Below, in pieces: positions 27,027 to 38,819 of a stretch of 64,000 bases of DNA. Source of the DNA: Paraphysomonas bandaiensis. Taxonomy: Eukaryota > Protista > Chrysophyceae. The position numbers and the translations under genes were made by a program. Below the pieces are notes generated by a model, which worked only from the letters and a program-made list of their open reading frames with translations, did not search any database and was not told where the DNA came from. Numbering within the stretch: the first letter of the stretch is position 1; each line of letters opens with the position of its first letter. The stretch lies in assembly GCA_965644295.1 (NCBI GenBank), contig CBFFRP010000288.1, positions 496,001-560,000 of the forward strand. The letters run 5' to 3'.

Positions 27027-29730
27027 ATGAAGATCAAAATCTCTCCCTCTATAATGAATACTCCCACTGCATATGAGATATCCGGCCTTGTATTCATAGA
27101 TAAATAAAGTAACGCTCCTATTAATGGACGATAGGGAAAATTGTCAACTAATTCCTGCTCTTCAGAGTCGAATGCACATGTTCCACTCCCACTTTGATCC
27201 TATCCATGACATCACTATGTAGTGGGTATCGCCGCGTCTTGTCCCTTGGACACCCAGAAAACCACATACTTCACCAATATCTTTTTGATGAACACTGTCA
27301 TGTCAAGTTTGAGACAATTCGGAGTTCTCGTCACTCTCACGTTCAAAAACTAGCCAATCTCATTCATATCTGTAATATCGAACCTTTCACATACTCGTCG
27401 CTTAATTTCCAAAATAATATTCGTATCTCGACATGCTCTCAGCATATTATCATCATGACCGTGGTGAGCTTCGAAGACCATATAAACGTTTCTTCAGTTT
27501 AAAGCAATATCCTGGTGGCAATTTGAAATCTGGTGTTGCATACTTATACACACATCTCCTTTTATATCTGCATATACAAGAATGCATTAGATACGTCGAG
27601 TTGATGCACCACCATATTCATAACAAACGCGATAGCTAATAGCAATCTTACTGTTACCGCTTTTACCACTGGAGTATAATTGTTGGCTCTACCAACCTCA
27701 TGGCCTCCATATCCAAGTACCACAAGTCTTGCTTTCTATCGTTGAATCGCACCCTCCTTGTTGCGTTTCAAAGCAAAGACATACTCAGGATTCAAATTGC
27801 AGTGACACTGGGGTAGGGATGATGGGCTTAACTTCCATTACTTCCCTTCGTTCCAGTCTGTCACGCTCAGCCTGTCTTGCTGTCAATGGAGTGACACTGG
27901 GGTAGGTATGGGCTTAACTTCCATCACTTCCCTTCGTTCCAGTTCGTCATATTCAGCCTGGCTGAACTCCATTGCTTCCGTTCCGGCAACTCCAAGAATT
28001 CGGAATATGTCTGAGGCACCTTAGGTCCCGCTGACGAGCACCAGATGGAATCTGCCTCCTCTAGTAGGCTGCACTCCACTTCGTCACACGAAGGTAATAC
28101 GTGCTTCTCACCTACTACTGACACATTCGTCACCACCCTTGGAGCCCTTGTGCGCCTGCCCCTAGTTGAGCGATCTGATGGAGCTTCCTCTCCCGGAGCA
28201 CTTACGAAGTCAGAAGGGGATGGAACCGTCCCAGTCAACTGCTGTAATAAATGTCCGCTGGTCCCGTCGTCACGAGATCCAGAACTAGCAGATACTCTTG
28301 TCACAAGGTCTTCACTCATCCGCGATGATGTGAATAGGAGTCTTAACTTCCAGTTGCTCCTCACCACCTGACATCAGGGATCTATATCCCACAGTTAGAC
28401 CTCTTTCCGAATCTATATTCGCGTGGTCTTGTTGTACAGTTGGCCGCCATCTTCATATGGGTTTTGTCGATAACACTCCTCCCTGAGGAACCACTGCCAC
28501 CGTGGCTTATAGTCCATTTCTCGGTAGTAATCAGCCGATCTCTAGGGCAAACAGGACATGAACAGACGTGACTATTGTATCTCCTATCAACACTTGATAC
28601 CCCATCTGCTCATCTGGGAAACCCACAAAATATCCTGTTTGTGCCTTTTCCTCCCAGACTTTCCGTCTATCGGCCTTCGGGACTAATACATACGCCTTGC
28701 ACCCCCATTTCCTCAACCAGGATAACTCGGGCACCTTTCCTCCCAGGAACACACTCATAAGGCAACATCCACTAACTTTACTTCCCTCCTTGTCATTTTC
28801 CTCCATTACATGATGGCATGATGACGTAATAATAGGCAAATACAAAACGTCATAATATTATATAGTGCCTCCCATGGAATTCCTCCATGCTCATCATAGT
28901 CTCCAGTCAGCACCTCTCTACCAGTGTTTAACTCTACAATTCTCGGTACTCTAAGTAGTTCCAATCCACACACCAGTGCCCGCAGCATTCCGCCTGAGAC
29001 AATATTCTTCACCGCATCTTCACATACTTTGATGCCTTCTCTTTTGCCAGTGTTGAAAGCTTCCTACTCCTTGAGTCTCCATTGCTGACCCCTTCTTCGT
29101 CAGAGATATGACTCCTGGCTCTGCTTCATATTTCTCTAGCACTCTATGATCTTTAACAACAATGAATAGCTGCTTTCCGGCACAACTGCCTAGATACACT
29201 CGTTGGTCTACTGTTTCAGTCATAAGCACTTCACCATTTATCATATTGGACTCCCCTCCAGATGAGACATCATCATCTTCATATTAGCACCATTCCGCCG
29301 ATGAACTCTGTCTCTGTCTCTGTTCATGTGTATGTTCAGCACTCTCTGCTCGTTAACTATGAACAGCTGCACTGCTCTGCTGCTCTGCTCAGTGTACAAG
29401 GCAGTTTTTGTAGAAAATACATTTCAGCCTATCAATCTCTATTTCGACCATATCATTGGCCAATATTTACAAGCTGGTATTTCGCTGTAGTCTTTTGGAG
29501 TACTACTCCCAACTCACTCCTAGACCTATCCACAAGCGTTTGAAGCATATGATTGGACAAAACCTCCTTATTCGGATCATCGTCTGGTAGTCGCCTCCAT
29601 GTATCGGCTGGCACCCTCCAACACATCTGCGTCATGTTCACATGCCTCCCAAATCGTTACAACACACGTGTCGTTTCACTTGTCAAACTTCAGCACCTTG
29701 CTGTCCTCCTTCGCCTCATCAGAACTACCA

Positions 29731-29740
29731 TCCGCTACCA
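29731..29740 (-). promoter_or_regulatory. Primer-binding site (TGGTAGCGGA), probably for tRNA-iMet
   Basis: Lies immediately inside the 5' LTR and is complementary to a tRNA 3' end ...UCCGCUACCA. Confidence 0.75.
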
Positions 29741-30092
29741 TGTTAACAATGGACATTTCACTGAAGTTAACTTTGCTCTACACGTAAACCGTAACCTTGC
29801 TGTTGAACACAATGCACTTTCAAGTAAGAAATTATGATTATTATTCTGAACACTTCACTACATATTCGTGTAACATATGTTGAAACATCTGTTCTTATAG
29901 CAACATCTGTTTATCATATGTTCATCAGTCAGTTCTATATCTTGTATAGTCACACATCAGTAACTGAATTTAATTCCTTTGTAACTACTATAATCACCCG
30001 TTACACCTATGAGTTGACTTTACCTATAATTGCACACTGTTAACTCACTTCAATTGCACAATATATATCACATCATATTGCAGAACTCAACA
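29741..30092 (-). repeat. 5' LTR
   Basis: Matches the 3' LTR at 26003-26354 and is flanked by the TSD. Confidence 0.95.
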
Positions 30093-30559
30093 ATGTCAAC
30101 TTCTGTTACTAAATGTCCATCATTGGGCCTTGTTTTCATCAAGGGGCTACACCCAAGTAAGGCTATATTGTAAAATATGTACTGACGGGTCCTTCTATTT
30201 AGGTAGCACAATACGTTTTGTTATATATTATACGTATAAGTGAGAGTGTAGAGAGTAGTTGTCTGAGGCTACTGAATACATAATGCGATATACAGGGGTA
30301 CATACGAATGCTTTATTTTTATAGCACATTAAGCCAATGTACTTACGAAGTCAACAATAGTTCTGTTACAACCCCACAGTCACTACATTCTTCGACCTTA
30401 TTCCCCTTAATACCTCAATGGTTGTTCGCCGTTGACATATCACTTACTACACTACTGGGTCAATCCACACAACCACATATGATTCAACTCTTATTCTGTG
30501 CTCTTTGTCAAATGAAACGTATGTAACATGAGCAGAGTATTATAATTTCTGAATCTCTC

Positions 30560-31579
30560 TCAACGTGAAAGAGTATCATAGAAAGCATCCACACAAATCT
30601 TGAGGGCTGTGGCTATACCATCGGAGCTTGCCCTATGGCCAGCATCAACAAAGTGAGCTTCGTGTTTGACTCCGACCTCAACCAGCCGTTCAACAAACTG
30701 CTGAGCAAATATCTCTGGACAAACTTCATCTCCAGTTCCTTGTACTACCCATGTGGGTACATCCTTAAGTCTATCAACGGCCCCGAGTAAATCCACGACG
30801 TCCTCAAAAGTGCCTCTAAGGAACAGTCGTGCCTCAAAGAACGACACAGCCATGGCCTCAGGCATAAGATCCTCTACAATAGTGAAGGGGTCGAGAAGTG
30901 CACTGGCGTCTTCCTCAACAAGATTGTTCTCGAAGACATAAAATCTCCACATGGCATCTCGGTCGCCCCTCTGAATCATGGCTTCGTATAGCCGAATAAA
31001 TCTTTCGGAGTCATTCGGATCAAGTGGGGCTTCGCCCCGCCTTTCTACCTCCTGTTGCGCTAACTCAAAGAATATGTCGAACTCTTTTGTTCGTCTCTCG
31101 TCTGCTTCAAACGACTTTCGCGCATATATGGCGTCAAATTCTTTTTTCGTGTTCAAGTATAATCCACGCACTATAAGACCAAGGCATTTATCGGGGTACC
31201 TCTCTGCATAATCGATTCCAAGAGTAGATCCCCACGAACCACCAAATACCAGCCATTTATCAATATTTAAGTGCTCGCGAAGTCTTTCAAAATCATTTGA
31301 CATCTGAGCGATAGAGATATCCAAATAATGCTGCATATTTCTGTAGTCGTGTTCCACAGATGGAGTAGAGTTTCCAGTACCCCTCTGATCAACTTCAACA
31401 ACAAAATATCGATCAGCTTCAAAAAATTTGGCGTTGATGTCTTTGTAATGAGCTACACTGTTTCCCGGGCCACCATGAACAAACACGACTGGAATACCAG
31501 CAGGATTACCCCATGTGCGGTACCAAAGGGACACTTTGTCATCAAGAGCTAAAAACGCTTCCCGTGCAGTGTCCACCAT
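30560..31579 (-). CDS. pip: Proline iminopeptidase (alpha/beta hydrolase, S33), intronless
   Basis: VHGGPG, DQRGTGNS, VFGGSWGSTL nucleophile elbow, VQGTGDEVCP, DAGH. Confidence 0.92.
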   Translation of the reverse strand: MVDTAREAFLALDDKVSLWYRTWGNPAGIPVVFVHGGPGNSVAHYKDINAKFFEADRYFVVEVDQRGTGNSTPSVEHDYRNMQHYLDISIAQMSNDFERLREHLNIDKWLVFGGSWGSTLGIDYAERYPDKCLGLIVRGLYLNTKKEFDAIYARKSFEADERRTKEFDIFFELAQQEVERRGEAPLDPNDSERFIRLYEAMIQRGDRDAMWRFYVFENNLVEEDASALLDPFTIVEDLMPEAMAVSFFEARLFLRGTFEDVVDLLGAVDRLKDVPTWVVQGTGDEVCPEIFAQQFVERLVEVGVKHEAHFVDAGHRASSDGIATALKICVDAFYDTLSR

Positions 31580-31964
31580 TTGTGATTAGTCTCTTTGCTG
31601 CAATATGATGAATTCCTAATGCCTCTAATGCATACCTGTTGAATAGTCTATGTGCTCACCTGCCTTGTCGCTCATGTGGGGCTATGAGCACCTACAGTAT
31701 ACAGAGAATACCATGGAATACCATCGCATCGTGCTCTGTAGTATAGCTGGTATACAAAGTATACGGTATATAGAACTACAGCTTTTTGTCTCTGGTCACT
31801 GTCGCTAATCTCTGTGGTCACTTTCCAATATGGGGAGCTTCTTAAACCTACTGAGCTATAAGCAAAATTACTCTGAATGAGGGATACAGACACTTCTTTC
31901 CGTTCAGATGAACATTAATATATCTTCATCTTGAGAAATACGGCACTCGACAGATAGCCCGTAG

Positions 31965-33143
31965 ATGGACAGCATAGCGGATAAGTTCACAGGAGTGTAT
32001 TGGATTGCTGTAGCAAGCACAATATTCTATTTGTTTTTGTTTGTAATATCCGTTTATCAGTTTTTGGTGCACAGAAAGCTTGATATTCAACGACAAAGTA
32101 ATAGCAATAATTTTATCGAGTGCAAGCTGGTATTCTTCGCAACACTCGCCACCAGTGCGTTAGCAAGTCTGCCGTTGTGGGTGGTTTGTGTTGGTTTAGG
32201 TGGTCCACATGACTGCCAGTGGAATGGCTCTAGTTATGCCTTCTGCTGGAGTTTACATCTTTTGTCGTTAACGGGCTATTCTTGTTGTGTGGGAATCCCA
32301 ACAATCATGTGGTCAGATATTATAAATGGGTACAACAACACATCTTTTCTGAAATCTTTTTTGAGAAAAGACATCGATATTACACGAATTTGTTTTGTGT
32401 CGTTTCTATCCTGCTATATACTGAATGAGTTGTTGACAGTTCTCTCCATGGCAATTTGGTTGAAACCAAGCGATATTGGGCAGTATTTGGACAATAACAA
32501 GATATATGGGTTCAATACATTTGCTGAACCTATCATTATATTCTTATTTGCCGGCGGATGTCTGATTATCGGCACCAGACTCCAGATATACGTCCGCAGT
32601 GTTCGATTGGAGGAAGGTATAGAACGGCGCCTACTCTGGCAGCTCAATACTGTGCTCGCGATTGTAGCGATCAGCTACCTTACTCGTGCGGCCTTTATAT
32701 TGAACCTACGCAGTCACTACAATGATAACGTATTTGACTGTTCGTACCCTGTATGGATCATTTGCACACACTGGTTGCCACAGATCCTGTGCTCGCTTTG
32801 TCTGCTTGTCATTATGAGCAGATCAGCAGGAGGAATGCGTCCAATATCCAAACGTCGGAGTAAGCGCCGCGCTGTCAGAGAGGATGGCAACGTGTACAGT
32901 CCAGTTGAATCAACCGACTCATTTTCACCGAGCGGAGACACTGTAAAAACCCCATTAATTCGATACCAGGGAGACGAAGATGATGAAGATGCAGAAGACG
33001 ATATTGATGATGAGGAGGAGTACGACGGATATGGTTCTAGAAGTAGTCGCATGGAAAGCTCCTTATCTAGCAGCGAATTTCATGATAGTTTACACACAGA
33101 TGAAGTAGATTCGGATTATGATGTTAATATTGCTCTCTATTAG
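31965..33143 (+). CDS. Seven-transmembrane protein (THH1/TOM1- or GPR137-like/GPCR-like) with acidic C-tail
   Basis: 392-aa ORF with about 7 hydrophobic segments, then a basic and a Ser/Asp/Glu-rich cytosolic tail. Family assignment is tentative. Confidence 0.75.
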   Translation: MDSIADKFTGVYWIAVASTIFYLFLFVISVYQFLVHRKLDIQRQSNSNNFIECKLVFFATLATSALASLPLWVVCVGLGGPHDCQWNGSSYAFCWSLHLLSLTGYSCCVGIPTIMWSDIINGYNNTSFLKSFLRKDIDITRICFVSFLSCYILNELLTVLSMAIWLKPSDIGQYLDNNKIYGFNTFAEPIIIFLFAGGCLIIGTRLQIYVRSVRLEEGIERRLLWQLNTVLAIVAISYLTRAAFILNLRSHYNDNVFDCSYPVWIICTHWLPQILCSLCLLVIMSRSAGGMRPISKRRSKRRAVREDGNVYSPVESTDSFSPSGDTVKTPLIRYQGDEDDEDAEDDIDDEEEYDGYGSRSSRMESSLSSSEFHDSLHTDEVDSDYDVNIALY

Positions 33144-33793
33144 CAATTTAGATAGTAGGTAGGATGTACCTTATATGTCGTATGATATCATTCATAATGT
33201 AAGTAGTTTCCGCTACGTTAGTATCGGATCTGAGCGCAAAAGAGTAATGCATTACCTAGTACGTATGCTGTATAGAAATCTATCACTATTTAAAAACTCC
33301 TTTATGGCTTGCTCATTTCTACTTACGAGTAATTTGAATTATATATAGTTTTAAACAGTATTTGCTCCACTTTTACGCACGCCTTTGTACTTTAGGATCC
33401 CTTCTATTCACTCAATGTATTTAGCAGATACTACTTTGACTCTCAACGCGCGACAAAATCCAGTGGATATTTTCCAGTGGATGAGCATATTTTCCTTTTG
33501 TGCGATTGGTATATCCAGTAGATTTTGGCTTATCTAGCGCTTGTATCTTTTATTATGGCCTACCGAATGCACCGAATACCCCAAACCCCAAACATGGGTA
33601 CATGTCTATCTGAGATGTTGAACATTGTTACGAAACAAACTTAGTGTCTGTAGCAAGTGCAAGGTTTACACAAGCAACATAAGCTTAATTCTATAACATG
33701 TTTGATCGAAATCACTTCTTTTAAAATATAATTAGACATTGACATATTATCAGCAGCAGATATTCATTACAACTGGAAAGCTTATATAATGTT

Positions 33794-34458
33794 TTATGAT
33801 GTAGCACTATTCGCAGATCTAATAACTTCATCAATATCCATAGGTGCGAAAATAAGTCTGCCATCTTCCAGTTCAACCTGATAAGGGGCAAAATTTCCAG
33901 GAGGCCAATGAGGTTCACTGTAATAGTGCGCAATAACAGCGCCCGGTGCCCAGTCGTTAACGGGATGAGGTCCAACTCGACATTCAACTTTATGGCCAAC
34001 CTCAAATCGCAGGTCTGGCAGTTTCGGCCATTGTGCTTCTTTCCCTTCCGCCCAAAGGGCAAGGGTTTCACTATCCTAAACAATGGCCGTCAGCGAAAAT
34101 ATGCATATATGTGTGGAAATATTTACCGGAAAGAATTGAATAAGATCTTCTCGATTAACATCATCCACTTCGGCGGGTATTCCAAACATACCTTTCCCGC
34201 CAGAGTTCCATATCAATGTGACCACAGTATCGATCGGGGAACAGTTCTGCGGATATGCCCAATATTAACACTGTGCGGTTTTTATATAGTCAAATGTACT
34301 ACCGGATCTCCGCATTGTATTTCTTCAATATTTATGTTGAGCCCTTCCTGTTTGTCTAGCGGTATAACTTCTGCTGCCCATTGCTTTAACTGTTTTATCT
34401 TTAATTTCTTTGCCTTTTTCAGAGCTTGTTGATCTTTAAGTTTATCGGGATTAAACAT
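33794..34458 (-). CDS. Three-exon 185-aa protein: CGDPNC(S)P motif domain plus algal SH3-like LRFxVGxxVECRVG domain
   Basis: Exons 34458-34303, 34246-34127 and 34075-33794, joined by phase-0 GT-AG introns of 56 and 51 bp, give MFNPDKLK...EEIQCGDPNCSPIDTVVTLIW...LRFEVGHKVECRVGPHPVNDWAPG..YYSEPHWPPGNFAPYQVELEDGRLIFAPMDIDEVIR..*. Confidence 0.85.
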
Positions 34459-34930
34459 GGGTAATGGTTGTTAACACTATTACTAAAGGTACAAAATAAC
34501 TACTTTCAACAGTGATGCAATGTGTAACTCCAGCGAGGACGATATACGATACCTGAGGCATATGGGTCTGGCAAACAGATGGCTGGTGCTGGCTGTTCAC
34601 CAGAAATAATGGGACAAACAGACGATATCTAGATATTGAGCAGCTTCCTCTGCATGTCAGATATACACTGTATACCGGTATACTGTATACGGTATACTGA
34701 AAAAATCAATATGTACGAGATATGCGGAGTATACCTTATACAGTATACAGTATATACAGCGTATGTATTAGAAGCAAAGGAGTAACACTCTGGTTCAACA
34801 GCTTACTAAGTTACTTAATTGAGCACGAGAAATGTTCGTTTGTTTGAGAACGGGAGTGATATGATTGTGTTTTGTTAGTGTTGTGAACGTTGTGAAAAGT
34901 ATCTTATAATCGAATTAAATCTCAAACTAA

Positions 34931-37180
34931 ATGATTAGTGTAGAGGATTATGAAGAAGATATCGCTGAGAAAGACGGCAACAGCGGTGCTCAGAGTGTTC
35001 TAGATTTAATTGTTCCTCAAAGTGAAAGAATTGACTTTACGAATGAGATTAGTTTTGTGGAACAAACCCTTTTGGTTCAGACTGAGCGTGTTAAGTGGTG
35101 GGAGAGTTTGAAGTTTACTGAGATCCAGCTTCAGTTAGAGGACCAAGCTCTAGTCATTACCGAAACCAGAGAAGAGTATATTAGGCGCCGTAAAGCCCTT
35201 GCCTCTTCATTGCGCGATTTCAACAGAGATGTAGCTGGGGATAACTGTAGTTTATCATTGGATGAGGTGCAGCAAAGGATAGCCGCCATTTTAGATACTT
35301 TCAAGAAAGAATTTGACTTTGTTGCCAACATGTGTAAAAGTTCCGAACAGTCATATTTGAGTTTATATAAGGCGCTGAGAGAGGCTCCAAATCCAGCGAT
35401 GGAGCTACAGGACTCTGCTGTAGGCCTCAGCCGCGCACTAGAATACCTAAAACTGGCGGATGCTCGTCTCAGGAAGATGGCAGATGAAATGGCAGTACGA
35501 GAAGCCGAGATAGTACAACGAGCTACTCCTATTGATCCGACTCTAATATTAAGTAACGAGGAATTTCAGAGTCGGTTGAAGGCAGAACTGGTGGAGGTAA
35601 AGTCCGCTTATGACAGCGAGATGCGTCGACGTGAACAGTTGCTACGTGATTCTATGGAACAGCAGGGACTAGAGTTACAGCAACGATACGATTCACTCTT
35701 GGCCCAGAATGATGCAGAGATAGCCGCATTGTCCGAGCGTCTTGTTCGCAGTGAGGAGATCTCATTGCGCGCAGAAGAGTATTCGGCAATGCTCGACGCA
35801 GAGAGTGAGAAGAGGTCAGGATTGGAGGATAAATTAAGAACTGTCAAAATAGAAATGGAAGACTTGCGCAGGGTTTTGCAGGAGAGAGACGAAGAGATTG
35901 CTACCCTAACAGAGCAGTCAGAATCTATAAGAGCACAGGTACATGCTGAAAAACAAGCTCGCGATATTGAACGTAGTCAGTATGAGAGAAATATTGAGAT
36001 AGTTCAGAAACAGCTACAAGAATTACAAAAGGAGTTACAGCGTAGACCACCTTGTGATCTCAACGGGCTCATTAGTCGTATGGGCTTACATGTCAAAGGC
36101 GAACATGCGGAATGCATCGGAAGTGATGGCGAATCACAAGAGACAGAAGATATACCCTGGGAAGATGTCGAGCGACGTGTGATTTCTGCAGTGCGCAGAT
36201 TGAGCACTGAGGCTACAGAACTTCGGTGTAGAGACCAACAGCGTTCACTGGAATGGAAACAGTTGACGTCTGAGCTCGAAGCGCTTAGGAGGGACGCGGA
36301 AGAGAGTAAGTCTATTGTAGCAAGCCTTGAGAAAGATTTGGCCGAAGCTCACAGTAGTATAGAAGCCGGTAAAGCGTTGCTGCGATGTCATAAGATTGAA
36401 AGTGGAACGCGGAATGTATCGGGTACCACAAATTCTATTTCATCTCTTTCTCACGTACTCGGCGAGGATTATGATGATGAGATAAAGAGTACAGGTAATG
36501 AAATAAAGGGTACAGGTAGTGAGCTATCATTTCCAGGGGTATCTACGGGAGATTCACAGATGCTTAGGGCGGTGCTAGAGCAGCGCGACCGAATGATGAA
36601 GTTGGCTCGAAGCAAGGAACAGGAGGCCATGGCACTACAAGAGCAGAATAACCAATTGCAGCGTGAAAAAAACACTTTAAAGGATGATAATGCAGAGCTG
36701 TATACTCGCCTTCGAGTGTTACGTGTTAACCAAATTGGGGTGGATAGTCATTCTGCAAGGGAATCTCACGGGCCAACCATTAGCCAGTATCAGCATCATC
36801 AAGGAGGATTGAGTAAACGCAGAGCAGTGGGGGAAAGCGCAGATGACCTTGAGAGCAAGTACTCTCAGATATACGAGGCCCGAATAGATCCTTTTCAGCT
36901 AGCAGAGCTGGACAGGATGACAATGTTGTCGGGCATGAATGTGTTCGAGAGAAGTCTGGCATATGTGTCCCGTTTTGTCTTACAAGATAAATGGATGCGG
37001 CACGCCTTACTTGTGTATTTGATACTGGTCCATATATTTGCCATAGGGTACGTAATTGTTGTTCTCAATCCTGAGTTAGATCAAGAAATCGGAGCCATAG
37101 AGAGTCATTGGCTGTCGCCACCAAGCTCTACTAATGGTGCAGCTCAAGGGGAGTGGGAAAAGCATCCTGATATTGAGTAG
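34931..37180 (+). CDS. CASP: Golgin CASP/Coy1-like coiled-coil Golgi membrane protein
   Basis: N-terminal RRKALASSLRDF...SYLSLYKALREAPNP, long coiled coil, VLEQRDR...LKDDNAELYTRLR, YEARIDPF, and a C-terminal TMD with Y and H (LLVYLILVHIF). Confidence 0.85.
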   Translation: MISVEDYEEDIAEKDGNSGAQSVLDLIVPQSERIDFTNEISFVEQTLLVQTERVKWWESLKFTEIQLQLEDQALVITETREEYIRRRKALASSLRDFNRDVAGDNCSLSLDEVQQRIAAILDTFKKEFDFVANMCKSSEQSYLSLYKALREAPNPAMELQDSAVGLSRALEYLKLADARLRKMADEMAVREAEIVQRATPIDPTLILSNEEFQSRLKAELVEVKSAYDSEMRRREQLLRDSMEQQGLELQQRYDSLLAQNDAEIAALSERLVRSEEISLRAEEYSAMLDAESEKRSGLEDKLRTVKIEMEDLRRVLQERDEEIATLTEQSESIRAQVHAEKQARDIERSQYERNIEIVQKQLQELQKELQRRPPCDLNGLISRMGLHVKGEHAECIGSDGESQETEDIPWEDVERRVISAVRRLSTEATELRCRDQQRSLEWKQLTSELEALRRDAEESKSIVASLEKDLAEAHSSIEAGKALLRCHKIESGTRNVSGTTNSISSLSHVLGEDYDDEIKSTGNEIKGTGSELSFPGVSTGDSQMLRAVLEQRDRMMKLARSKEQEAMALQEQNNQLQREKNTLKDDNAELYTRLRVLRVNQIGVDSHSARESHGPTISQYQHHQGGLSKRRAVGESADDLESKYSQIYEARIDPFQLAELDRMTMLSGMNVFERSLAYVSRFVLQDKWMRHALLVYLILVHIFAIGYVIVVLNPELDQEIGAIESHWLSPPSSTNGAAQGEWEKHPDIE

Positions 37181-37579
37181 CTGTTGCGAATTTGCTAATA
37201 TATATAGAAATAGTGGTATAATTTGTATTGTACTGTCGTAGTTTATTTCGATTACTTATTTCATTATAACTATCTTGGTTCTAAAATGGTGTTAATGCTT
37301 TCAAACTCAACCTAAACTAGCATGTATCACCGCTCAACACATAACATAAGAGATATTCACATGTCTAAACTTTAAGTAACATAACTAAAAACTAAAACTC
37401 AATTAACTAAAGTTGTGGCAACCTGTGGGGATTATTCATAGTAGCTTTTCTGTACTGATTACCTGCATTTCAGCCACACGATTTATAATCATAACTAGAG
37501 TCACAATCATATGCAGAAACAACATACATTTCAGTTTACCTCAAATATTACATATCATTAAAACTATGTATAACGTAAA

Positions 37580-37788
37580 AATGATGTCAGTGCAAGCGAT
37601 CCATCTTCATAAAACTAGGGCTTCGAAACAGCACTTTAAGACTATATACATCAAAATTCACATCTGATGCTGTATAGAGGTAATTAGGAGCATGAGGATA
37701 AGCTACAATAGCTACTTGTCCAAATAGTTTCAAAATTTTGAGCGCGGGACGATATAGCTTTCTTATTACCCGTGGTTAAATATAATTA
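37580..37788. mobile_element. Right-end fragment of the foldback/TIR family
   Basis: 37728-37788 matches the TIR end at 21190-21252; 37580-37675 matches the reverse complement of about 6490-6575. Confidence 0.6.
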
Positions 37789-38819
37789 TATCCCCATTTT
37801 GTCTCCGCCCACGAGAAAGAAGAGTACTGCAAAGCCAAAGAAGAAGAAAGCTCCCGCGGCAATGTTCTGATTATTCTCGTGTGAATGCAGTTACTGCATA
37901 AACTATGTATTATTATTAGAATGTCTGATTAATAGCAACAAGCGTGTAAGAGTCAGGACTAATGCAGCAAAACTAATGCTTGACTTCAGCAGGCAGCCCA
38001 AACTTCAGATATGCCCTTGAGGTGGGCCCATTTCGGGATGCCTCTTTATTCGTCAAGGCCCAACGACATCAACACAAGCATTTGACTATGTGTGGGCTGT
38101 AGAACAATATATTCTGACTATATATGCGGCTCGATTTAGTACCACACAAGCATTGGCCTATGAGTGGGCAGAAATTATCTGATGAATATATATACGACTC
38201 GAGTTAGTTTCGCGGAGAAATCTCTCCTGTACTTGTACCCCATAACTCCACGAAAAGGTATGAGTCTCCGACATTGTTAAGGATGTATCATAGCATATAG
38301 GACAAGAGACGACTTATCTGACGACGATCCGGAGGACGAGGTGTTTCCACCACGAAAACGCACGAGCAAGGTAAAAAGTAATACTGTTTATAAAAAGATA
38401 GTGGCGGGTTCGTGGAATCCCAGCAGAAAGCAGATGTGATTCCTCTCCCGCTGTTGCTGAACTTCGTCAGAAAAGATGTCCGGTCTAGCAGAACTTCGTG
38501 GTCTTATTATGAGAGAAAGTGATGATCCTCCACCTGCTAGTGTGTTGTTCCCATACAACAGCTGTTACCATGTCGTTTCCGAGCATAGAAGTCGAGGTAA
38601 TACCAAAACCTGGGTTTTGATGTAAAACCTGGTGAAATTTTTGGTGATGGTCGGAAAAGGGTATAACTATGCACAATAAGTAACTATGAAGTTAATAACA
38701 GTGTGAAGAGTATTATTTATAATATTTTTTACTAATTTCTTCCATATTACTTCAGTTTTACAGCAATAAAAGTCACCGACTACACATATATATTACATAC
38801 AGTTCACAAGTATGAACTA

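Larger units (their letters stand above)
26003..30092 (-). mobile_element. Ty1/Copia LTR retrotransposon, internally decayed, with LTRs, PBS, PPT and 5-bp TSD
   Basis: 352-bp LTRs (TG...CA) at 26003-26354 and 29741-30092; TSD ATGTC at 25998-26002 and 30093-30097. Copia RNase H (DADWAG..RRSTSGY..SKHIEIKYH), integrase C-terminus (LRKWGCKAYVLVP..GYFVG) and RT fragments. Confidence 0.95.
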
